A stretch of 55,969 nt of DNA from contig JAWVFG010000051.1 in the NCBI GenBank assembly GCA_033856335.1, forward strand, positions 1-55,969, read 5' to 3'. The translations under genes were made by a program, and so were the position numbers. Below are positions 8,163 to 15,363 of the stretch, piece by piece (the stretch's first letter is position 1; every line of letters starts with the position of its first letter). The notes under the pieces are model-generated. The model ran no database searches. It was given only the letters and a program-made list of their open reading frames with translations, and was not told the DNA's origin. Origin of the DNA: Solirubrobacterales bacterium. Its GTDB lineage: Bacteria > Actinomycetota > Thermoleophilia > Solirubrobacterales > 70-9.

Positions 8163-9302
8163 CTAGTGCCTTCGCTTCTTGTGCTTCTTGCAGGAGCGCC
8201 GCTTGCTCTCCGCAGCGCGGTGCTTGCGCTTGTGCTTGCACTTTCGGGACTTCGCGGTGGCCGGGGCTGTGGCACCGGCCGGGCAGCTCGCCGTCACGTA
8301 ACAGGCGAGCGGTGGCTCGGAGGAGACCTGGGGAGCGGTGGCCGTGTTGAGCGCCAGGTCCGCGCCCGCGGAGGCGAGGTCGGTCGGATAGGTCTCCGAA
8401 TTGATCCCGGGCATGAGCTTGAAAGGAGTGCAGATCCCGGGGTCGCCGGCCGCAGCCCGCAGTGGATCGGCAGGCCCGGGATGCTCGAGCGCATCGACCG
8501 CCAGGTCATAGGCGACGTTGTCCTGTGTCCCGATCGCCAGGTGCTCGGAGAGGTCGCCGGGACAGAGGTCCTGGATCGCCACGTTGGTGATGGCGCCGCC
8601 TCCGCCGTGCAGAGACGAGCTGCCGGTGTTGTCGTTGTTCGGCGTGACGACCTCGTCGAAGTGGGTGTAGATCTCGGTGTACGAGATCCCGGGGAAGGTC
8701 TCCTGGTAGGAGTTGAGCGCCTTGATGAAGTCGGCTATGTCGCGCTGCTGCCAGTCGGCGGCCGCGCAGCTGAAGGTGCAGAGGGGATCGGCGCCGGTCG
8801 TCCCGTGGTTGCTGGGGGCGAAGCCGATCTGGTCGTCCACCATCCCTCGCGTATCGGGCCAAAAGCGAAGCGGCCAGCGCGGGAGCATCCCACCCTGGCT
8901 GTGGCCGATGATCGAAATCTTCCGGCCGGCGCGCTGGTACATCGTCCGGATGCCGTTGACGACGTACTCGCCGGCGACCTGGACGTCCCCGAGCGCGTGG
9001 CCGGGGAGCGTCACGGCGCACCAGGAGATCCCGAGCTTGTTGAGCGCCGGCTCCCAGTTCCAGGAGAAGTTGTGCTGCGGTTCGCTGCCGGTCCCGGGCA
9101 CAAGCAGCACCGGCCCGTAGCTGCCGCCGGCCAGGTTGCCGTTGCACTGGAGGCTTGCGTCGAGCTTGCTCTGGGGAACGCTCAGGGGCGGTCCCGGAGT
9201 GTCGACCGGCGCGTAGGTGATCGCCGCGGCGGACGCAGGCACGAGCAGTGACGCAGCCGCAACCGCGCCGATGAGCCCTCTGCCCAGGAGCCCTCTCCTC
9301 AC
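8163..9302 (-). CDS. Secreted CalB-like lipase paralog with a 40-aa polybasic two-Cys C-terminal tail
   Basis: Same blocks as the neighbour (GHSQGGMLPRWPLRFWP, FAPSNHGT). After the shared ...CYVTASC end it continues CPAGATAPATAKSRKCKHKRKHRAAESKRRSCKKHKKRRH. The start is probably GTG 9302 (VRRGLLGRGLIGAVAAASLLVPASAAA); the track start is 9380. Confidence 0.85.
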   Translation of the reverse strand: MRRGLLGRGLIGAVAAASLLVPASAAAITYAPVDTPGPPLSVPQSKLDASLQCNGNLAGGSYGPVLLVPGTGSEPQHNFSWNWEPALNKLGISWCAVTLPGHALGDVQVAGEYVVNGIRTMYQRAGRKISIIGHSQGGMLPRWPLRFWPDTRGMVDDQIGFAPSNHGTTGADPLCTFSCAAADWQQRDIADFIKALNSYQETFPGISYTEIYTHFDEVVTPNNDNTGSSSLHGGGGAITNVAIQDLCPGDLSEHLAIGTQDNVAYDLAVDALEHPGPADPLRAAAGDPGICTPFKLMPGINSETYPTDLASAGADLALNTATAPQVSSEPPLACYVTASCPAGATAPATAKSRKCKHKRKHRAAESKRRSCKKHKKRRH

Positions 9303-9392
9303 GTCAGCGACAGTACCAATTCCTGGGTATGGCTGAGACACCTCTCCGGCTCTGTCTCGCGGATTAGGGCCGCTTAGCACTCGGCGCTAGAT

Positions 9393-10238
9393 TTGAATCG
9401 AGACATGGAGGCTCACCAGCACACCGAGATGGAGCCGATCCACCCAGGGTCAGGCCGGCGCGAAGGGCTGCTGAAGCGAATCGGAAGCGCACTCGCGGCA
9501 ATCGGGCTTCTGCTCGCCAAGATCGGCGCGAAGGCGAAGCTGCTCCTGGTCGCATTGCCGAAGCTCAAATTGTTCTCGACCTCGGCCTCGATGCTCGTCT
9601 CGATCGCCGCCTACCAGTTGCTCTTCGGCTGGCTCTTCTCGATCGGCTTCGTGGCGCTCCTGCTCCTCCACGAGCTCGGCCACGTCTTCCAGCTCCGCCG
9701 GGAGGGGATCAAGGCATCGGCGCCGATGTTCATCCCGTTCATGGGGGCGGTGATCTCCGCCAAGTCGATGGGCGACGATGCCGCGGCGGAGGCCCGGGTC
9801 GGGCTGGCCGGCCCGATCCTCGGATCGATCGCCACTCTGATCCCGCTCGGCATCTGGCTCGCCACCGGCAGCGACTTCTGGCGCGCCCTCGCCTTCATCG
9901 GCTTCTTCCTCAACCTCTTCAACCTGCTCCCGGTCGTCCCGCTCGACGGCGGCCGGGCCATGGCCGCCCTCTCCCCCTGGGTCTGGCTGGTCGGGTTCGC
10001 CGGGCTGGTGGCGATGGTCTTCTTCTTCCCGAGCCCGATCCTGATCCTGATCCTCGCCTTCGGGGGGATGGAGACGTGGCACCGCTGGAAGGCCCGCAAC
10101 ACACCCGAGGGACGCGCCTATCACCGAGTGCCCACCCGCACCCGGGTGATCGTGGCGGTCACCTATCTGCTGCTGATCGCCGCCCTGGCGCTCGGCACGT
10201 CGTTGACGCACCTGCCGCGCGGCCTCTCGGGCGTCTAG
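9393..10238 (+). CDS. Site-2 protease (peptidase M50) family membrane metalloprotease
   Basis: HELGH zinc motif within a TM helix, second motif NLLPVVPLDGG, multiple TM segments. The start could instead be ATG 9405. Confidence 0.85.
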   Translation: MNRDMEAHQHTEMEPIHPGSGRREGLLKRIGSALAAIGLLLAKIGAKAKLLLVALPKLKLFSTSASMLVSIAAYQLLFGWLFSIGFVALLLLHELGHVFQLRREGIKASAPMFIPFMGAVISAKSMGDDAAAEARVGLAGPILGSIATLIPLGIWLATGSDFWRALAFIGFFLNLFNLLPVVPLDGGRAMAALSPWVWLVGFAGLVAMVFFFPSPILILILAFGGMETWHRWKARNTPEGRAYHRVPTRTRVIVAVTYLLLIAALALGTSLTHLPRGLSGV

Positions 10239-13075
10239 AGGGTCAGCTTCGGCTTGACCTCGCGCAGGAACTGGCGGGGCATGCCAGGAACGTCAGCGAG
10301 GTCGTCGAGGGACTTGAAGCCCTTCTGGCGCTCGCGGTAGGTGATCACGCGGGTCGCCTGGGTCACCGAGAAGCCGACGTCCCGGAGATGCTCGAAGGTC
10401 GCCCGGTTGAGGTCGATCCGGTCGGCCGCGTCAATCTCAGGCTCGGGCTCGGGCTGGGTCTCCTCTTCCGCCGCCTCGGCCTTCTCGTCGGGCTGCGGCG
10501 GTTCCTCCGCGGGCTTCGCCTCGTCCTCTTCTCCTGCTCCTTCGTCGCGACCGGGTCCCACCCCGAGAATCGCTCCGACCGTGCGGCCGAGGATGCCCCC
10601 CTGCTCTTCCTGATCTGATTCCGGCTCCACGGCCTTCTCGGGCTCGGGCGCCGCGGGCGCCGCGGGCGCCGCGGGGCCCTCCGAGCTACGCATCGAGACG
10701 ACCCACTCGTCGCGGTCGTCCTGGGCGGTCTTTGAAGGCTCCTCCTCCTCCGGCTTGGCCTCGGGTGGCGCGGGCGGAGGTGCGGGCGTTGGCGGAGCGG
10801 CGACCGGTGGCGGAGCGGCCGGCGGTGATGGCGGCGGCGAGATACCCAGCTCCTCGGTGGTCCGGACGCTGGTCGCGGCGGCGCTCTCCGCTTCGCGCGC
10901 CTTTCGCTCCGCCTCCTTGGCGCGCGCCTCGGCGGCGCTCACCCTCTCCAGCACCTCACGAAGCCGGCGCTCGCGCTCGGCCTCCTCGATCTTGAGCTGA
11001 GCGAGGCGCTCGGCGTCTGCCGCTCGCTGCTCGGCCTCCTGAGCACGCTGCTCGATCTCCTCAAGTCTCTGCAGGGCGTCCTCCATCGTCCGCTCGCGCT
11101 GCTCGCGCTCGGCCTTGAGGCGGCGCTCGGCCTCCTCGACGGCGCTGGAGAGACGGCGCGTCTCGCCGCCCATCTTCTCCTCGGCCTCGGCCATGGCGCG
11201 CTGCTCGGCGTCCTGCTTGAGGCGGGTCGCCTCGGCCCCGAAACGCTCCTCGGCCTCGGCACGTGCCCGCTCCTCGGCCTCGCGCCGAGCCTGGTCGGCC
11301 GCCTGCTCTACTCGGGCGTCCGCGTCACGGCGCGCCTCCTCGATCGCCTGCCTGGTGCGCTCCTCCACCTCCTTGCGCACGCGCTCCGACTCCTCCCGGG
11401 CGCGCTGCTCGCTCTCGAGCCGCAGGCGCTCCGCCTCCGCCCGAAGCTTCGCCTCCGAGGTCTCTCGGGCCTCCTCCTGCGCCTGGCGCCTGGCCTGGTC
11501 CGCTGCCATCTTGATCAGCTGCTCGGTCTCCTGCTCTGCCCGCTTGACCCGCTGCTCGGCGTCGTGCTCGAGCTCCTCCGCCCGGCGGAGGCGCTCCTCG
11601 GCTTCCCTGCGCACCTGCTCCTCCTCGTCGTCCGCGAGGGACGACGCTGGAGAGGCAGGGGCTGCGGGCTCCGCCGGGGCGTCGTAGGGCCTGGGCGGCG
11701 CAACGTCGGGAGGCAGTCCGGAACCCGCCTCGACGGGCTCGGGCGGCTCGGGTGTGACGGGGTCGGGTGTGGGCGACTCGGGCGCCGGGGGCGACGCCGC
11801 GGGCTCCTCGGACTCGCCCTCTCGAGCCAAGCGATCGATCTCATCCTGAAGTGACCCACCGCCGGCGGGCGGGGTGAGCTCGACGGGCTGCTCGGACTCG
11901 GGAGAGCTCTCTGCCGAGGCAGCCAGCTCCACGCTGGATGCATCCGGAATCGGGGTCTCGGCAGCCTCCTCCTCCGGGGAAGTCCGGGAGAAGCCGCCGG
12001 GGGCGCTCTCGCGCTCGGGTGCGATCGGCGTCAGGGCCGGCTCATCCGGCCCCTTGCGCTCGGGGCCGCTGCCCGGTGGCACCCACTGAGACGGTGCCGG
12101 GGCCGCGGGTGGGCTTGGCTCTTCCGCCTCCACCACGTCAGGCTCATCCGGCTTCTTTTCCTCAGGCTTCTCCTCTTCGGCTTTCTCGTCCGCAGGCTTG
12201 TCCTCTTCGGGCTTTTCGTCCGTGGGCTTCTCGTCTTCGGGCTTCTCATCCGCGATCCCGATCGGGACCACCTCGTGCTCCTTCTCGGCCTCGCCCTGTC
12301 CATCCCCGTCAGCATCCTCTGCAGATTCCTTTGACCCGGTCTTGGGAAGGCCCAGGGCGGCGGAGAGCCTCGTGGACCTCTCCTCCTCGCGCTTGGCGCC
12401 CGTCTTCACCTCGGCGCCCTCTGCGGCCTTCTCCTCCCCCTCGGGGACCTCGTCCTCGGGCTGAGCCTCTCCCTTGCGCTCCGCCTTCCGGCGCTCACGC
12501 TCCTCCTTGCGCTGCTGGCGCTCCTCGCGGCGGCGCTTTCGCTCGTCCTCCCACGCCCGGCGATCCTGGTCCTCGGCGCGGCGCTTCTCGTCCGCGATCT
12601 GCTGGCGCTTGGCCTTGCGCTCGGCCCGCCGCTGCTTGCGGCTCGGCTTGCCGTCCGCCTCCTCACCTGCCTCCGCTTCGTCGCCATCGGCCTCGGTGTC
12701 CGGCTCGTCAGTGTTGGCGTCGGGCTCGGCCGCCTCGGCCGCGACTGCTGCGTTCGGCTCGGGCGACTTCGTGACCCTGCCCTCGGCCTTGGCCTTCTTC
12801 TTGGCCCGGCGCCGGTCCGCGCGAGAGACACCGCCCCCTGCCGGGCCATCCTTGGTCCGGCGCCGCCGGATCATCAGGAAGAGGATCAGCAACAGGATCA
12901 CGGCGCCCGCGATCGCGTACGCCTCCGTCGGATGGTCCTTGACGAAGTCCGAAACCTTGCTGGTGTCGATTGCAGCAAGCATCGCTGCGCACAATCCTTG
13001 CACGGGACTTTCGTTCTCGTGCACTGACCGTTGCCCTGACTGTGGGTTCTTGCTTGCCGATGACGGCTTCGCCAT
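10235..13075 (-). CDS. 946-aa membrane-anchored, highly charged coiled-coil protein with a C-terminal ComEA-like helix-hairpin-helix domain
   Basis: There is a single TM helix (AYAIAGAVILLLILFLMI) followed by RRRR. Long E/K/R/A-rich heptad-like stretches and P/E-rich linkers follow. The last ~65 aa (IDLNRATFEHLRDVGFSVTQATRVITYRERQKGFKSLDDLADVPGMPRQFL) match the ComEA-type HhH pattern. ATG 13075 lies inside a repeat element, so the N-terminus is uncertain. Confidence 0.75.
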   Translation of the reverse strand: MAKPSSASKNPQSGQRSVHENESPVQGLCAAMLAAIDTSKVSDFVKDHPTEAYAIAGAVILLLILFLMIRRRRTKDGPAGGGVSRADRRRAKKKAKAEGRVTKSPEPNAAVAAEAAEPDANTDEPDTEADGDEAEAGEEADGKPSRKQRRAERKAKRQQIADEKRRAEDQDRRAWEDERKRRREERQQRKEERERRKAERKGEAQPEDEVPEGEEKAAEGAEVKTGAKREEERSTRLSAALGLPKTGSKESAEDADGDGQGEAEKEHEVVPIGIADEKPEDEKPTDEKPEEDKPADEKAEEEKPEEKKPDEPDVVEAEEPSPPAAPAPSQWVPPGSGPERKGPDEPALTPIAPERESAPGGFSRTSPEEEAAETPIPDASSVELAASAESSPESEQPVELTPPAGGGSLQDEIDRLAREGESEEPAASPPAPESPTPDPVTPEPPEPVEAGSGLPPDVAPPRPYDAPAEPAAPASPASSLADDEEEQVRREAEERLRRAEELEHDAEQRVKRAEQETEQLIKMAADQARRQAQEEARETSEAKLRAEAERLRLESEQRAREESERVRKEVEERTRQAIEEARRDADARVEQAADQARREAEERARAEAEERFGAEATRLKQDAEQRAMAEAEEKMGGETRRLSSAVEEAERRLKAEREQRERTMEDALQRLEEIEQRAQEAEQRAADAERLAQLKIEEAERERRLREVLERVSAAEARAKEAERKAREAESAAATSVRTTEELGISPPPSPPAAPPPVAAPPTPAPPPAPPEAKPEEEEPSKTAQDDRDEWVVSMRSSEGPAAPAAPAAPEPEKAVEPESDQEEQGGILGRTVGAILGVGPGRDEGAGEEDEAKPAEEPPQPDEKAEAAEEETQPEPEPEIDAADRIDLNRATFEHLRDVGFSVTQATRVITYRERQKGFKSLDDLADVPGMPRQFLREVKPKLTL

Positions 13076-13161
13076 CAGATCGCGGCCACAGGCGGCCGCC
13101 CCACATAAGTCGCTTCGGGCTATGCCCTCCGCTCCGAAGTGGAGCGGTCTGGTGGCCGCTA
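13062..13161 (-). repeat. Palindromic intergenic element, copy A (smpB 3' end to the start of the 946-aa gene)
   Basis: Minus strand: TAGCGGCCACCAGACCGCTCCACTTCGGAGCGGAGGGCATAGCCCGAAGCGACTTATGTGGGGCGGCCGCCTGTGGCCGCGATCTGATGGCGAAGCCGTC. The TAG is the smpB stop. Near-identical copies lie at 20748-20847 and 29854-29973. Confidence 0.85.
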
Positions 13162-13644
13162 CCCCAACCGCTGCTTGAAATCGCGCTCGACCTCTCGGCT
13201 CATGTCGCGGTCCGCGATCTCTCTGCGGCGGTCCCGGCCCTCCTTGCCCTTCGCCAGCGCCAACTCCACCTTGGCTCTCGAACCCTTGAAATAGATCCGG
13301 GTCGGAACCAGCGTGAGCCCGCGCTCGGCGGTCTTGCCGATCAGCCGCTCGATCTCCCGGCGGTGCATCAGCAGCTTTCGGGGCCGATCCGGATCGTGGT
13401 TCTGGTCCGACGCGGGCAGGTAGGGAGGGATGTGGGCTCCGCGCAGCCAGACCTCGCCCCCGTCGATCACGGCGTACGCCTCGTTGAGCTGGGCCTTGCC
13501 GTCCCGGAGCGACTTCACCTCGCTGCCGCGCAGCTCGATCCCCGTCTCCACCTTCTCCAGCACCTGGAACTTGTGCCTGGCGCGGCGGTTGGTGGCGACG
13601 TCCCCGCTGACCGGGGTCCTCGGGGCTTTTGCCTTCCTGGCCAT
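13159..13644 (-). CDS. smpB: SsrA-binding protein SmpB
   Basis: Full-length match to the SmpB pattern (NRRARHKFQVLEKVETGIELRGSEVKS...LLMHRREI...). Basic C-terminal tail. Confidence 0.95.
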   Translation of the reverse strand: MARKAKAPRTPVSGDVATNRRARHKFQVLEKVETGIELRGSEVKSLRDGKAQLNEAYAVIDGGEVWLRGAHIPPYLPASDQNHDPDRPRKLLMHRREIERLIGKTAERGLTLVPTRIYFKGSRAKVELALAKGKEGRDRRREIADRDMSREVERDFKQRLG

Positions 13645-15363
13645 CTAGTCCTCGACGGGCAGCAGGTCGACCCGCCCCCGGGGGGCCTCGACGCGGTCGA
13701 CGGTGATCGTCACCGGGTCGCCCATCCGAATCGCAGGGCCTCCGCGCGCGCCGGCCAGCTTCGTCTCGGTGGTGTCGAGCTCATAGCGCTCGCGCCCGCC
13801 AATCCGGCGAGCCGGCAGGAACCCCTCATAGACGTCGGCGAGCGCCCCGCCGAACCGGACGAAGCAGCCGGCGCCGACCACGCCGGAGACCTCCCCCTCG
13901 AAGCGGGTGTCCTGCCCTCTCTCGAACAGCTCCCGCTGGAGGAGGAAGCAGGCGCAGACCGAGTCGGCATCGCGCTCGGTCCTGGTCGCATCGCGCTCGC
14001 GCTCCGAGCAGTGCGCGCCGAGCTCGGCAAGGCCCTCGGCGCGCGGAGCGTCCTCCCCGGCGCCGATCGCAGAGAGGAGCGCGCGATGTGCGATCAGGTC
14101 CGGGTAGCGGCGGATCGGGGAGGTGAAATGCGCGTAGGCGGGGCTGCCCAGGCCGGCATGTCCGAGGTTGCGATCCGTGTAGTGGGCGGGCTTCAGCGAG
14201 CGGAGCACAAGCGATGTATACGCCTCGCGGCCATGGCCCCGGCGCTCGGCCTCGCGCGCGACGAGCCGGCTCGCCTCCCCGGCCAGCTCGCCCGCCTGCT
14301 GGGGAGAGATCTGGTCCGGCAGCGGCGGGGTCGGCACGTCGAGCGCGGCCAGCTGCTCCATCAACCAGCGGATCCGCTCCGGATCGGGCTGCTCGTGCAC
14401 CCGGTAGAGGGTGGGGACGCGACGGCGCCCGAGCAGCTCCGCGACCCGCTCGTTGGTGAGGATCATCAGTTGCTCGATCAGCTCGTGGGCCTCGGTCTGC
14501 CGGACCGAGTGGGCGCCGGTGACCTGGCCATCCTCGAAGCGAAACTCGGGCTCGAAGCTCTCCACCTCGAGGGAGGAACGCGGCCGGCGCCCAGCGAGCG
14601 CCGCGGCGGCCTCCCTGGCGAGCCGGAGGGGCTCCGCGATCGACTCCGGTGGCTTGGAGCGCCCGGCGAAGATCTCGTCGAGCTCCTCGTAGTTCAACCG
14701 GGCGTCCGACCGGATCAGGCTGCGATAGAAGCTTGTGGAGAGCGGCTCGCCCGCGTCCGAGAGCTCGATTTCCGAAGTGACCGCCAGCCGGTCCTGCTCT
14801 GGAGCGAGGCTGCAGGCGTCGCTCGAGAGGACGTGCGGGAGCATCGGCGCAACCCGGCCGGGGACGTAGGTCGAGTTCGCCCGCCTATAGGCCTCCTTCT
14901 CCAGGGCGCCGCCCGGCCGGATGTGGGCAGCGACGTCGGCGATGTGGATCCAGAGGCGCGTGCCCCGGTCTGTCCTCGAGGCCGAGACGGCATCGTCGAA
15001 GTCGTGGGCGCTCGCCGGGTCCACGGTGAAGGTGTCGAGCTCGCGGAGGTCCCGGCGGTCCAGGTCGAGCGCCGCCGCCCGAGCCGGCGCCGCCGCGGCC
15101 TCCTCCTCGATCCGCTTGGAGAAACCGGTGCGCACCTCCCTGTCCGCGAGCATCGCCTCGATCACGTCCACCGCCAGACCGGGATCTCCCAGCTCGCGGA
15201 CGACCCTCGCGCGACCGCGTCCCTGGCCGAGCTCCACCAGTGCCATGCGTCCGGGTGTGGCGGCCCGCGGCCCGCCGCCGAGCTCCACCCGGCCGCCACG
15301 CTCGAACAGCAGCTCGCCGACCAGGAACCGGCCGCGCTTGGAGACGACGACTACGCGTCTCAG
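13645..15363 (-). CDS. rnr: RNase R / RNB-family 3'-5' exoribonuclease with a C-terminal S1 domain
   Basis: RNB motifs DFDDAVS, HFTSPIRRYPDLIAHR, and a C-terminal S1-like domain (GEVSGVVGAGCFVRF). The track begins at GTG 15288. The upstream in-frame sequence RRVVVVSKRGRFLVGELLFERGGR looks like a genuine N-terminal cold-shock-like segment, and the only start-like codon there is CTG 15363-15361. Confidence 0.85.
   Translation of the reverse strand: MRRVVVVSKRGRFLVGELLFERGGRVELGGGPRAATPGRMALVELGQGRGRARVVRELGDPGLAVDVIEAMLADREVRTGFSKRIEEEAAAAPARAAALDLDRRDLRELDTFTVDPASAHDFDDAVSASRTDRGTRLWIHIADVAAHIRPGGALEKEAYRRANSTYVPGRVAPMLPHVLSSDACSLAPEQDRLAVTSEIELSDAGEPLSTSFYRSLIRSDARLNYEELDEIFAGRSKPPESIAEPLRLAREAAAALAGRRPRSSLEVESFEPEFRFEDGQVTGAHSVRQTEAHELIEQLMILTNERVAELLGRRRVPTLYRVHEQPDPERIRWLMEQLAALDVPTPPLPDQISPQQAGELAGEASRLVAREAERRGHGREAYTSLVLRSLKPAHYTDRNLGHAGLGSPAYAHFTSPIRRYPDLIAHRALLSAIGAGEDAPRAEGLAELGAHCSERERDATRTERDADSVCACFLLQRELFERGQDTRFEGEVSGVVGAGCFVRFGGALADVYEGFLPARRIGGRERYELDTTETKLAGARGGPAIRMGDPVTITVDRVEAPRGRVDLLPVED

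Noticed and set aside
10235-13075. CRISPR-like or satellite periodicity in the repetitive DNA of the 946-aa gene.
   Set aside because: The periodic GCCTCGGC/CTCCTC strings are in-frame codon repeats for E/A/R/K-rich coiled-coil and PE-rich linkers. There are no constant direct repeats with unique spacers.
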